Assembly (NCBI GenBank): GCA_973895155.1
Contig: OZ316891.1
Coordinates: 24,923,899 to 24,987,898 of the forward strand
Direction of reading: 5' to 3'
Source of the DNA: Marsupella aquatica
Lineage: Eukaryota; Plantae; Marchantiophyta
DNA length: 64,000 nt
The number at the start of each line of letters is the position of its first letter. Positions within the stretch are counted from its first letter, which is position 1. Below are positions 25,553 to 38,971 of this stretch, piece after piece. Position numbers and translations under genes: made by a program. The notes under the pieces are model-generated. The model did no database searches and was not told the DNA's origin. It saw only the letters and a list, made by a program, of their open reading frames with translations.

Positions 25553-26199
25553 GACTACTGCGGGAGACGAAGGAAGGAGGATGGATGGAGGAGTTGCTGC
25601 GGCTGCTGTTGTGGTTGCCACCGTTGTTGTTGTTATTGAAGGCAGAGGAGATGGAATTCCGCCGCGAGAGGAGAAGAGCACGCCGAGCGTGCTTCCTCTT
25701 GAGCACATGTAAGAGAGACACGCAAAGGCGTTGGAGCTGCTGCTCCAGCACTCTGCCCTGCGGCCCGGGCACCTTTCCCGGCGCCGGCAATTGCTTCTCG
25801 GACGTCGCCGTTAAGGCTGTGCCGGCGGGGTCCCTCATGGTGATGGGTGGGCCGTGGCCTGTTCGGTTCCGGGCGCAACCGCACGGCTCCCACGTGAGGA
25901 CTCTTCGAACGCTTCGAACGCTTGGCTCCCCGGCGTCTGCCTGGCTCTCTGGCTCCCGCCGGCGCTCTTGAACTGCTTTTGGCCCGGTGACCAGGCCGGG
26001 AAAGGGAAAGGTCCTCTTCCCGGTTCTTCCCAACGGACGGCTCCATACGTTGCATCGTATCATTTAGACGGCCCTCTGCACGCCGTCGATTTTGGCCTGT
26101 ACCGACTTTCTGAAAGCGTGCAAGCGGCTTACGCGCTATTGAGGTTACGGTAGACCTGGGACTCTGGACGAGGCCTTTTTTCTCGGGTTGGAAAAAAGG

Positions 26200-28920
26200 T
26201 TATCTTTGTGTATATTATACCCTAACTTTGATTGGGTATACTAACTATAATTAGAATCCATGGTTAACTCTAACCAGAGCTACCATATGTATATATTCTC
26301 TCCTTGCAATAGAAGACATTATTATTGTTGGTGTATTTGGTTTATAACACGGTATCATCACGAGTGTGCTCTTAATTTTTTTTAGGGGTCGTTCTATGTT
26401 AAGAGAGTTATACTTGGCAGTTATGCAAATTTGTCAACTTTTGGGCAACGTATGCAGGCCTTTTCTTCAGTAACACATCGTACCCTTAGAAAATCATAAC
26501 GAGGATGATTCACTAGACAGATTTCATAACATACATCAATTTGATTCTTATTCAATAGAACTCCAAAAAAACATCCATTTTGAAAAACAATTAGACATTC
26601 TTCATATCAGAATGACATCGAACTCCATTGAAAAACTTATATTCCCAGCCTTGCAAATTGATCGCAAGAATTACAACGATTGGTATATAGATGTGGAGGT
26701 CCATCTCACTGCAAAACGAATTGAAGAGGCCATACACACAGACGTCGGTGTGGATCAATACACAAAGGCACAAGCCTTAGTACTACTAAAACATCACTTA
26801 GTAGATCCCCTCAAACGCCAGTATAAGACTGTATACAATCCTAGATTACTCTGGGATGCATTGAAATCAAGATTTGAGCATATCACTACAATAAATCTGC
26901 TGAATGCTCTACAGGCTTGGGTTACTCTACGAGTACAAGATTTCAAATCAGTAGATTTATACAACAGTGAGATGTTTAGAATCTCAAATGAACTCCAAAT
27001 GTGTGGAGAACCAGTCAGTGATAAACAGCAAATTGAGAAGACATTAGCCACATTCCACCCAACTAACTTGGTGATTTCAAATTAGTACACGAACATGGCT
27101 TTTACAACATACTCTGCGCTCATTGCTCATATGCTTTTAGCAGAGCAAAATTCCATCCTCCTTATGAATAATGCAAAGGAAAGACCTCCGGGAACTCTTC
27201 CTGTACCAGCCATCACTGAAACCAACTTAGTTACACAGGACATGACAACAAAAACAAATATGACAAATACTAATGGACACACATTGAGGGGGAGAGGTTC
27301 ATACCGTGGCCGAGGAACAATGAGAGGGAGAGGAAATTTCTCCCAACGAGGTGAATATAGTTCCAACTACAGAGGACGAGGTCGTGGAAGAATGAATAAT
27401 ACAAATCGAAACAACTGGAAGAGTGGAAGAGCGGATTATCAACAACAAAATCGGGAGCGACAACCTAGTTCTACTTTATAAGAAGAGCTTGAATGAATCG
27501 CAATTCGAAGCACATGGGGCTTATTTAGAGTCACCGGAGATTATACCAGAAATACATATGCTGGATTCATTACTAAATATAGAGGATCCGGATTTTTGCA
27601 TCGTCGACAGTGGCACAACCCATACTATCCTTCGAGATAGTAAATATTTCCACAAAATTATCCCTTCACAAAGGAAAATAACAACTATAATGGGACAACA
27701 TCAAATAGAGGAGGGTCATGGTAAAGCCACAATCGTTCTCCCAGGAGGAACAATAATTAAAATCACATCAGCAATTTATGCCCCCAAAGCAACGAGAAAC
27801 CTCCTCAGTTTTAAAGACATAAGAGCAAATAACGTACATATTCACACAGATATTCAAGACTCACAAGAAGTTCTACAGATAGTATCTCACTCATCAAAAG
27901 GCAGACTTATTAAAGAAACTTTACAGGCTTACCCTTTAGGATACTATGCAACTCAAACTCAAAGCTACCAGTTCAGACTGAATCACGAAACCTCACAGAG
28001 ATCTGGCATAGACGATTGGGACACCCTGGAACAAGCATGTTCCACAGAATTGTCAATAATTCCAAAGGAATATCAAAAGAAGTACATCCTAGAGCATTCA
28101 AAGGACCATGCCTTGCCTGCTCACAGGGCAAGATGATTACAGCTAGCTCCCTATAACTCTAAAACTGAAAATCACATACCTGCATTTCTTGAGAGACTTC
28201 ATGCAGATGTTTGCGGACCCATTGATCCTCCCAGTGGTCCATTCCGCTATTTCCTGGTGGTCATAGATGCAAGCTCCAAGTGGTCAAGGGTTTCACTATT
28301 ATCAACCTGGAACCTCGTTTTCTCAAGGATTCTGGCACACATTATACGCCTAAGAGCTCAATTTCCAGAATATCCAATTCGAACCCTCAGAACTGATGGA
28401 GCTTGAGAGTTCACATCAAAAACTTTTGATGAATTTTGCCTCATCAACGGAATTGATTCACAATATAATGTACCTTATGTACATTTTAAGAATGGAATGG
28501 CAGAGTCACTTATTAAACGCATACAGCTGATAGCCAGACCTTTATTAATGCAATCCTCTCTTCCAGCGACTGCATGGGGACACGCAGTCCTACATGCTGC
28601 GTCTCTCCTTTTATACAGACCATCAGCCTTCAACAGTATTACACCTCATCAATTGGCATTTGGAACTTCTCCAGACATTTCACACTTGAGGATATTCGGA
28701 TGTCAAGTCCTTGTACCCATCCTAGGTCCAAAACGGACAAAATTAGGACTTCAGAGAAGAAAAGGCATCTACATGGGAGTTGACTCTACATCGATCATCC
28801 GATACATGGAACCTACCACTGCAGATATATTCAAAGCCCGATTTACTGATTGTCATTTTTATGAAACCATCTTTCCAACTCTAACATTACCAAAGGGAAC
28901 ACAGAAAACATTACCAAAAG
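26200..28920 (+). mobile_element. Ty1/Copia retrotransposon, Bianca-like; 5' LTR end, gag, protease and integrase, truncated before RT
   Basis: LTR end ...tttataaca followed by PBS-like cggtatcatcacga (26350). Gag LRVQDFKSVDLYNSEMF..LQMCGE. Protease CIVDSGTTHTIL. LWHRRLGHPG. Integrase LHADVCGP, RTDGA, NGMAESLIKR. Stops and frameshifts present. Confidence 0.9.
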
Positions 28921-28929
28921 GTGGATTGC

Positions 28930-29320
28930 ATGATTGAGGACTACCATTTTTGTCCTTTTTTCTCCTAGACAAGGACTCAAGTCCTTTCCATGTTGCATTA
29001 AATGTGCAACATATCCCTCAATGGCCAAGATTGAAAATTCACAGATCAAAGGCTAGAATTAAATGATTGAGATGATTCCGTTATAACCATTTTTGGATTT
29101 AGTGGCCTAGAACTCTAATTTAAGTCATAAAGTACTTACATGCGAGAAGTGTTTAATAAATGTCCTCGGGGAAGTAGCCTGCATGAATTGACTTTGGAAA
29201 GTGGACGATAATTATGTCCTATTGTCCCGCATTGTCAAGGACTATTTGAAACAAGGACTCCGAGTCCTTCCATCCTAGCCGCGACAATGACAATAGTGGT
29301 AAGGACTTGCGGACGCGGCA
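28930..29320. repeat. AAGGACT..AGTCCTT palindromic motifs at the start of a new element that truncates the Copia
   Basis: aaggactcaagtccttt (~28971) and aaggactccgagtccttc (~29253). Same motif family as 36080-36830. Confidence 0.55.
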
Positions 29321-30154
29321 AGTTTTATCAGCATTCCACAATTTCTCAAACTTTTTGATGGTGAACACCGAGCTTGAAAACCATAGTTGCCAAAATCATA
29401 AAGTAGTGAACGTTTCAACATCGGGTGAGGAAGGGAGAGCAACGATGGTTAGCAAGATAATCTGAGGTCTACCTTCCATGGACGCATTGAGTCACATTGA
29501 TCGCAATTGATTTAGAGGACTCTCATTCAAACCATTGAGAATACAGGGGAGCTTTCATTGTGAAATAGCTTGAAGCTAGACATTGGCAGTCAGTGGAGGA
29601 GGTTCGAAAGGAGCTTTGTTGGCAACACAAGCAAGGTAGTGAAGGAAGTTCAAATTGAGGGGAGCTTTTTTGACAGTCGAACTATACAATAGCTTGGTAT
29701 GTTAAACGTCATTTGCAAATTCTGGATTAAGTTTGAATTGAACAGCTATATCAGAAATCTATTCTTCAGATGGTGTCTTAAGCTTCCATCGGTCGCCTTA
29801 GGTTTGGTTTGCGCAATCATGAAACTCTCGAAACAATGGCTAGCTTTGTTTTGGTTCCCTTAGCTGACTTCCGATAGGTCATAGCGCCCTATTTGTACTT
29901 TTCAAACAACTATACCAATGAATCACAGATTGAGTACAAGCCTTCTCAGTAATCGAACCTTTTAAAGTGACTCGTCACTTGTATAAATTGGATGCAGGGC
30001 GCGCGGTTGGCCTGAAGCCAGTGGAGGAAACTTTACCTGCAAATCATTGGTGATTGAACATCCATTTTCAATCCGCAACAGCCCTAAGGTAATTACTGTA
30101 GGTGTGCGCCCGATGGTAGTTGAAGTTGTCACCATTGAACACTAGCTTTCCTCA

Positions 30155-32620
30155 GTGATACCTGCTATGCTTTGTTCGAATGCAATCATGGATGCGTCAA
30201 CTAATAAGCCAGAAGCTCCTCCAACTTCTACCATTCAGTTAGGAGAAAAGGAGATAGTTGTCCCACACCCTGTTATCCCTCGTAGCGGCAGAGCGCGAAC
30301 TACTAGCAAACTCAAAGTTTCTGCTTCCCTAGCTACGGACCATGCTACAACTGACTCTCCTGCTCCCCTATCTGAGAGTACCAAAGCGTTAAAAGGAAAG
30401 GCTAAGGTGGAGGTGCCTGTAGAGTCGTGGGATCCTGAAGATTACGTTAAGGACGCAGAGTATTTCCACACCACCATTGGTCTTCCAAACAAAGGTATTA
30501 ATCCTCATAAGATCAAAGACATTTACAAGGAACAATTGGCCAAGGTGTTTGGAGAGAAAGACAGGAACGGGTATAAGCTGAGTCTTTGTGTCGGCCTTCC
30601 AATTGAGGAGGTTTTGCAGCTATCCCAAGTTGTGGATGGTTACGACTCACCAATGAATGGCTTTCTGTCATTCACTTTCATCAAAGGGGCCTATGCAGAG
30701 AGGATCCAAAGGCGAAAGGTGGACTGGTGTGTGTATGCAGTGTCCAAGCTGAAGGGGAAAATTGCCCAATGGGAGCGAGATGGTAAGGGTAAGCTAGACG
30801 GGCCTCCTTGCGTAAGGAGGCTACGTCTATATTCACCACCAGTGCCTGCGGAATTTGATGAAGAAAATTTGAAGTGGCTTGTGGATGACCCTTCAACGCA
30901 TCTCCCACAGCCCGTCCCACGGATTTCTACCAAGAATCAAACGGCGAGGAACAAAGCTCACCCAGGGATAGTGGATTCTTGCAGCAAGGGGAGCCCACAT
31001 CCCAAACCATTGGAAGTTGCGGCCCTTTGTGTCCCCCAGATAAAGCTTCTCCCTACCAAGCCCAAGACTCCTATTCTCCCTGCATTGCCAAGAAGTCTTT
31101 TGCTGTCCATTCTGGATGGGCAAATTGTCACGATTGAATGTAGTCTAAAAGAGACTCGTCAGCGCATCAGCGGTTCAGAAGACTGTGGAAAGCTTGGAGG
31201 GGTCAAAACGGGATCATCCAGCAGTCATCTCTGTCATTCAAGAGCAACGTAACAAACTAGAGGAAGAGTTGGGTGAGGTGAGAAGCAAAATGCAGGCAAG
31301 GGACACCCTACATGATGACTTGTCAACAAAAATGGAGCTCGAGGAGCTGAAGGGAGAGCAAGACAAGGAGGTATACTGCTTGTCAGACCATAGACCTGTC
31401 CTTGTGTTGCTCAAAATACCTATAGGCTATGTATGTTTTGTTGGGTGGTTGGATTCGGTTTGGCAGGACAAGGTATTGATGCATGATGAACTGCAAAATA
31501 ATGTTGCCATGTGTTGTTTTCTTTTCTGGGGGGGCAGGATAGCTACATTGTTATCTTACGGCAGAAGTTGGAGGATGGTAACAAGGACATGGAGGCGTTG
31601 AAGAACAATGAATCATCTATTCTGAAGGGGATGGCAACATTTGACAAGCTCATAGATACCAACAACAAGCGCTTTGAACGGGTACCAGAGAAGGTAGCTC
31701 GTCTAAAAGTTGTGGAGTCACAGTTGGAAGCAGACCTGAAGCCCCTTGAGTTGTCTGCAGCAACTCAAAAGTCTGAACTGGTTATTTTGGAGTCTCTTTT
31801 GTCCAATCCATGTCCAGTGTTGCAACCTCACTTTGTTCCCACATCAACTACAATAGTGGGAACGGAAGTGCTTGTGAGTAATTGTCCAATTTGTTGCCAC
31901 GGGTACCATTGTTTCAACTGGGTTCCAGCAAGTTGTGGCCACATGTATCATCCACATTGTTTATTTACATTGTTGGGGGATAAAACAAGAGCACCCTGTT
32001 GCTTTGCATGTGGGAAACCCTTTTTGGAAGATTGGGTTCGAAGTTGGGGTCTTCCAAACATAGGGCAGGACAAGTTGCCATCGGGTGAAGGTGGCTATAT
32101 TCAAGAGATGAAGGGAACATATGGGGTAAACAATGCCTGCTTGGGCAGACGTCATCACCTTGTGCAACAAATGCAGTCCACGCAAGCTCTGGTATGTAGA
32201 GGCACATTGTCATGTTTCAATTGGTATTTGGTTTCTAAGGTTCCGGTTTTGGGCCATGTAGTAAATTATGTCTTCATTTGTGTGTGCAGGAAGAAGCCCA
32301 AGTCCAAGCTGTGCGGTTGTGCAATGTGAACCACACTATTTCTGTGCATGAACAGGGTACTCATGAGGATGACTCCTGAAATGCCAACGTTGGATCCCAC
32401 ATTGACCAATGAACTGCATGTGAGGAAGAAACAGAAGCAGGAGAGTGAATTAGCTAGCAAGGTGACCAGTACCCTATTGACACCTCTTGAGCTTGGCACC
32501 TTGCCCTTTACTCCTGAGTCTGTGTCTCGTGTTTCATTCAGGCAACTGTTGAGCCTTGTTCAAACTGAAGCAGGAGAAACACCTCCACGTCTAGCAGTAC
32601 ATGTGATACCATGGTTATAT
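30155..32620 (+). pseudogene. TE-associated spliced protein with coiled coil and RING finger
   Basis: CPICCHGYHCFNWVPASCGHMYHPHCLFTLL..CCFAC (RING). Introns ~31371-31538 and ~32192-32290. Frameshift at ~31190. Confidence 0.6.
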
Positions 32621-33122
32621 ATAAGGAAATTAAAAAGTGCAAAAATTAAAAAAATTTCAACTTTTAGTGGTTAACGGAGTATACTTTGACCGGAAAGGAC
32701 CATAAAAAGCGAATTGCAGTATGAAATCCGGAAAAATCCAGATAGCACCCTTTTTGGAACTCTTAAGTAACGGCACCGTTGAGCCATGCAAGAAGGCGTG
32801 GGAGAATGAATATAAAACCATAGGTCTGACGTCCGACCGGAGACCGGAAGTTGGCAACCGAGTTCTTAAGACCACGCCAGACCGAGCATTCCTCACACCA
32901 CCAAACTGCTGCAAAAATCTTTCGTGAGGAATCACATGAGAGATTAGAGTCGGACAAGGCTGCCATTTCGAGGCATTAGTTGAAAGGAAGTTGGTTACGG
33001 GGGAAGTGGGTGATCATTCGATTGAGAGGGGAAGTTTGTGACTTGATTGAGATTTCCGGATTTGATAATTCCGGATTTTGAAGGGATTTTGAATTTGGAT
33101 TCTTCCTCTCCCTCTCCTAATC

Positions 33123-34794
33123 ATGGTGAAGAGAAAGGACCCGGATTTTGCCCCAGACAAATCCGGAATCCGGACGCTACCGAAGCAATCGACCAAGGAG
33201 CGGACAGTGATTGTGAATGAAAAGCCACTGCGACCGGAGATTCCCACGGATTTGAAAAGGAAGGACCGCTTATAGAAGAACCTTGAGACCATGGGTTGTG
33301 CTAAGTTGATGGAGTTGCCATGGGGCTACCAGAGTGCAGTATTTGTGAAGGAGGTCCAGAATCGCCCGACCCTTGCTTCTGAATTTCTGGATTTGATCAG
33401 AGCCAAACTGGAAAAGTGGACCGCGGCAATTATCTCATCGCTTTTGGATGTGCCTTTGAAGGGAGAAGGCTTCCTGACCTCAAAGAACAACTTTGCGGAT
33501 AACTATTTTGATGGAGAAATTGATCCGAAAGATGGCTAGAAGACGTCCCAGTGCTGTAATGAGGAGTTTTACGACGTTCTGTCCTTTTTGCTCCCACTTC
33601 TTTCCCCTGCCAAGCCTTGACGAGTTACAATCCGGATTGGGAATACGATTGCTGCTTCTTACATAGGAGAGAAGAAGATTTCCTGGGCCAAAGTTTTGGA
33701 GGAAGTTATAGCCAACCAGGTCCAAAATCTTCATTTGAAGACCCCCACATCCCTTTCTTGCTATCTAGCCAATCTTTATGCGATGGACCGGATTCTTACA
33801 GATGAAGAAGCGGAGGAGCATGAGAATCAAGCCATGTTGGCTCAACTCGGAGATCCGGATCGACAGCCATCTGAGGGAACTGAATCAGAGGAAGAACCGG
33901 TTGTGGAAGTGCGACCTCCCAGGACGCAAAAGAGATTTGTACAGAGTCCGGAACCGGATCTTGTTGAAGATCCGGAACCTGTCCGGAGGCCGGAAAGTAG
34001 AGGAAGTCTTCCGGGTGTGACCCCAGTTCAAAGTGGACGGCATTAGCAGAGTTGGAGCATGTCCGGATTTTTGTGGAGAGCGCGATCGGAAAGACGAAGC
34101 AACTTGAGGATCTTGTTGGGACGGTTGCTGAGATGCTCAACTGCAGTCCGGTTGTCATCGTTTCCACTCTGGACATGGTGATTAAGAGTCAGGCTAAGAA
34201 GCAAATCTGGGACTTAGAGGATCAGGCCTTCAAGGACAGACAAAAGATTGACTCTTTGGTGGACCAGTTGGATGCTGTACAGAAGAAATTGGAAGAACAC
34301 CTAAAGATCCAGAAATTATTGAATGCTGCAGTCACCAGTGTTCAGGAAGCTATTCATGTACCAGCCCTGGACTTGTTGGAAGCCAACCTGATAGATAAGT
34401 ATTTAGCGACAGCCAACCCACGCACCCTTGTTAAGGTTATTGAGTGCAATAACCGCTTTGCCAAGAAGATTGCAAGAACGTTTGATCAGATGGAGAAACT
34501 GATTTTGGATGTGAAGTCCATGTTGACTCCTTCCAGAATCCGGAATCCGGAACTTCTCCGGTGCTGCGAGATGAAAATGAAGTAGGAGGCACCCCACCCA
34601 AATTTGAGAAGGTTGAGTTCCGTTTTCCGTCAGTGTCACCTCCGACTATCGGTCCAGCACGTGGAACACATTTTGATTTGAAGGACTTGGAGGCTACTGC
34701 GATTTTAGGGACACCTCCTCCTCTGAAACCTGCTAGCCCAGTTGATCTTACACATGAGTCAGTTAGAGTAGATGTAGAAGATGATGCCCAGTAG
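33123..34794 (+). pseudogene. Retroelement-type extra ORF (LMELPWG motif, coiled coil) within a TCCGGA-rich element spanning ~32640-36070
   Basis: Stops and frameshifts join the 33123, 33291, 33696, 34052 and 34561 segments. Dense aatccggatt palindromes in and around the ORF. Confidence 0.45.
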
Positions 34795-36079
34795 CTTAGT
34801 AGTTTTTAGTTAGTTAGTTAGCATTTCCGGATCCAACTAGGATCTAACTCCGGATTTAGTAGTAGAACCGGAAATCAAAATCCGGATTTTGCCTTACATC
34901 CATTTCCGGATTTTCCTTTGTTCTCATTTCCGGATTTTGATTGACAGTTACTTTTTCTCCCATGAAAACCGGAAATGACACTTTGTGACTTTTGGGATCC
35001 TTCCTTTGTGCATCTTAGGAGGAACACAAATCCATTTTCCTTTAGTTCTTAGTTTCTGTTGGAAGCATAGAAGCTCCTCCTCAGGTGCTCCTGTTGAGCC
35101 TTGACCTGTTGTGAGTAGAACTGTAGACTCCAGGTTCTCTTGTTGAGAAGTTAATACTTAGAAATTTTGCCATCATACTTTGAAGTTGGATTTTGATTTG
35201 AATTACTCATATGGATTCTAGGTAGCATTGAACTCCTGTTGTTCCAATAGTTGAAATGGAATGTTTCCTTTCCCATGAGTAATTATCTAAATTTGATTGA
35301 GACGTTATCAATTTGACAATCTAGAAATCTTTGTATGAGAAGATACCAATTCAAGTATTTCAGTACCGTCACCACTTGTTGACCAGAAAGAATTCTTGGT
35401 TTGATAACTAGATCTCTATGTAAATTTCTAGTTAATGTTTGATGTCTATTCTAATTCGACCATGTTATGAGCTGTGTTGCATTCTGAATCTTAAAAATCC
35501 AGAATCCTGTTGATTTGCTGGGGATCGTCATTTTCCATCATCTCTTCTCATGAGTCAATTGATAAGACATTCTTACTAGTCCTTTTCCATGCTTTTCTTT
35601 AATTATTAGATTTTGTTCATTGATTATCATCAATCCTCTGGAGAGAGAACTCCATGGCAAGGTTATGCCGAATCAACATCTTATTTGTTCTTTTCAGTAC
35701 CAATTCGCTTTTCATTCACTCTTACAGGGAACAAATTCAGGTCTTTAGAAGTTAAAGTGTTCTTTAACCATCTGACCACTCTACCACAGTACAACTGAAT
35801 CCCTTGTTCTTCCTCCCAAGTGCTTGAACTCCAGGAAACGATTGCAGCTTCTTGTAAGAGACCCATAGCAAATGGAATCTGAGGGTTTTCTGGGTACTAT
35901 GAACTGAATAACAAAGAATATCGTTTCATGTGCAGCAGATCAAATCAGGGAGGAAAACAAGAGCCAAAGCTGTGAACGGAGTCTAAACAATCAAGCAGGT
36001 AACTTTGATTTTCTATCTCAAACCGTTCCCCTTTATGTCTTTGACTAGAACCGTGACTATTTTGTTTGAAATTAGCTTG

Positions 36080-36830
36080 GACAGTAGGGCCTGAGGAGTT
36101 CAAGTCCTTTATAGGGCCCAAGTCCTAGCGTGAGGACTTGAAGTCTGTGGGCAAGAGCTTCAGTCCTTAGGGTCTTGGTAGAGTCAATGATAGAGTCCTT
36201 GGTCCAGGACTGAGTCCTTGTCAAAGGACTCTGAAGGACCCCAAGTTCTTGTGGAAGGACTTTGAAGGACTTGGAGTCCTCGGGTGGCAAGGAGTCGGAG
36301 GTCCTCAGGCAAGGACTAGACTCCTAGTCCTTGGGAAAGGACCCCGAGTCCTTGGAAAAGGACTTGGGAAAGGACTGAGAGTCCTTGGGGAAAGGGCTGC
36401 AAGTCCTTGGGCAAGGGCTGCAAGTCCTGGGTAAAGGACTACAAGTCATCTTCGGGCAGGACTCAAAGTCCTCGGGCAAGGAGTCAGAGTCCTCGTGGAA
36501 GGAGTCAGAGTCCTGGGAAAAGACTCCGAGTCCTCGTGGAAGGACTCTGAGTCCTTGGGAAAGGACTTAGAATCCTTGGGCAAGGACTTCAAAGGACTTA
36601 AACGTCCTTGAGAAAGGACTAGAAAGGACTCCGGCTCCTTGGGCAAGGATCCCGCGTCCTCGTGGGAGGACTCCAAAGGAGTTTGAGTCCTTATCGAAGG
36701 ATTTTGAAGGACTCAAAGTCCTGGAACGACTCTGGGTCCTTGTGGAATGACTCCAAATCCTTGTGGAAAGGGCTTTAAGTACTGGCCGGGGGAATGATTG
36801 CAAGTACTCAGGGAAGGACTTGACGTCCAT
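36080..36830. repeat. Degenerate tandem array of ~20-bp AAGGACTC/GAGTCCTT units
   Basis: ggaaaggactc..gagtccttgg repeated many times. Confidence 0.85.
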
Positions 36831-36920
36831 GGGGCTCTTGTAACTGGTTTCTTGTAACTGGAACTTCAGCGGACACTTTTGAATTCTTGCTTCTGAGAAT
36901 GAGGTGCTTTAGTTTTGCAG

Positions 36921-37502
36921 ATGGAGAAGCTTAGCCTGCATGATACTCTTCATGAAGTCAGGATTGATAGGATATGGGGTCTATGTGCCGGAGGCTTTAC
37001 GTATGAAGGCTGTGGGGGAGTTTTGAGTGATGGTTGTCCCTGCACTTTGGGGAAGTACAAATGCAGGTTGAGAATGCAGAACCCCGAGTCACCATTGGGT
37101 CCTCGATCTTGCAGCAGACTTCAACACACTTGTACAAGGGATGGGGAAGGAACATACATGTACTGTTTTGCTGTGCAGGTTGGCGACATTGTGCTTCAAG
37201 TGAATGAAGCTAATGGTCAGCAATTGATGGGGATCACGGGCCAGGAGTACAGGGATTCAAACATTGATAGGAGAGACCAGATTAGGGATCAGGTTTTGGC
37301 TGGGACTTGGATAATCAGGTATGTCAAGGGTGACAGGGAAGCTGATCTGTCTCGAGCTTTGTACTTTGAAGAAAGCAAAGTCAAGGATCGAGTAGACGAG
37401 TCACTTGTGGCGCTAGGTGGCCTTAGCAGGCTAAAGAATGTTGTTGTTGACCTAGGGTCAGATATAGTGGATTCGTTCAGATCTTTTAGCATCAGAAAGT
37501 AG
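36921..37502 (+). CDS. RPA70 C-terminal OB-fold/Zn-like terminal exon (Helitron-type cargo)
   Basis: FTYEGC..KYKC..YMYCFAVQVGD..NEANGQQLMGITGQEY resembles Rep_fac-A_C. Acceptor ttttgcag at 36913-36920. Confidence 0.55.
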   Translation: MEKLSLHDTLHEVRIDRIWGLCAGGFTYEGCGGVLSDGCPCTLGKYKCRLRMQNPESPLGPRSCSRLQHTCTRDGEGTYMYCFAVQVGDIVLQVNEANGQQLMGITGQEYRDSNIDRRDQIRDQVLAGTWIIRYVKGDREADLSRALYFEESKVKDRVDESLVALGGLSRLKNVVVDLGSDIVDSFRSFSIRK

Positions 37503-38619
37503 GCAGCCTCTACAAGCAAGGGGTTTGAGGATGGTTGGTTCAATGAACTGTGTCTTCAATGATACTTTGTTTTGGATTGAGGCCTTCAAAGCCTAGTTTT
37601 GATTGTAACAGGATGAGCATTTTATGCACCTTATCTTCTGTCACTTTGTATACTCCACGATTCAGTCTCTCCTTTGTCTGTTGGTCAATATGTGAGCTCA
37701 CGTCTTGCATAATGCAACAACGATCGTCAGCCCAGTGGTGATTGGAAGTTTGTTCCTCTCATTCAAAGAGCTGTGTACATAAATTTTAATTGGTGATGTT
37801 CTATCATTTTGTATGACAACGACTGAAACTTAGCTTGATGTCACGTAATATTGAAAAATCAGAAGGTAACTAGCTCAATGTGGAGCTGAAGCGCCAATGA
37901 TTACAAAGCCACATTTAGTTGCTCTCAACTTGTGCCAACTGAATATTGATCATCAGCAAGATCATTAGCCATAGTTACCCTTAGTACGGGGGAAATTTGA
38001 GCTGTGTGAATGCCGCAGGTTAATTTAGTCCTCTAATGCTCTAATAAAAGAAGCTATTCCGCATGCTGCTACCGCCTTGGCCCATCAGGTATAGCGACCG
38101 AGACAGCAAACAGGCAAACAGCAAATACTTTTCCTGTTTGCCTTATGCTGTTACCAGGAAAAAACATCTTGTACCAGGGGAAAGAACACACAATCAGGAG
38201 TTTAGAATTGTTTAAGTTGGAGTTAGTCCATTGCGGTGAGGGAGGATACCATGTCATGAATCGCTGAACCACATAATAATTGAACCTCATATCCCAACAC
38301 AAACAAGGGGGAGCATACATAAAAATGTCAAGGAATACACACAAAACTTTATGGTATTATCTGGTCCAAAATAAAAGCGAACAACGTCTTGACTAGCGCC
38401 TGGCGCTATCTTATCGGTATTTAAGGAAACAAATAGTTGGCATTGAGAACATCAAGCACAATACGATGATATTTAACGGTGTAGACTAAACAACAAAAAT
38501 ATCAGCGCTTGGCGCTAACAAAACATGACGCGACATAGATAACACTTTTCCGTTGACATACGACAAAATCAATATAATCATTTGGACCGATAATACAACC
38601 TACATCATCATGATTCATG

Positions 38620-38971
38620 CTATAAACCATGAGCATTTTGCCTCTCTAATATGAGCCGAACCTCTCCAACAGTGAGAATTGGTTGGCTGGTCAATGTAGA
38701 TTCCTCAACGTCTAGTTTGAAAATGGTAAGGAAAATCCAATACAAATGTTTGCAAGGCATATATGGATGTTTCCGAGAATGTCGCCGGTAGAAATCCTCA
38801 CACAAGCAAGTGGGGAAAATGCAAAGTAACAATTTGGCGTCCGCATATTTTCGTGCGTTTGCACCTTAAACTGCTTTCCCCATGCATTCCCAATCGCAAC
38901 ATCCCATTCTCCCTGAATGGACATCGTCTCTTTTTTTGCAGACGCAATTCTGTTCATGTGACCCTGGGTAA
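38620..38971 (-). pseudogene. SWIM-finger C-terminus of MULE transposase B
   Basis: CIFPTCLCEDF..MPCKHLYW..QPILTVGEVR is homologous to the end of transposase A (~14060-14258). Confidence 0.85.

Noticed and set aside
25377-26153. Overlapping GC-rich ORFs upstream of TMA7
   Set aside because: No recognisable domain; consistent with 5'UTR/promoter DNA.
35000-36070. Gypsy gag/pol on the minus strand
   Set aside because: Only a faint gag-like fragment (FAMGLL..W) and no RT or integrase motifs; too decayed to call.
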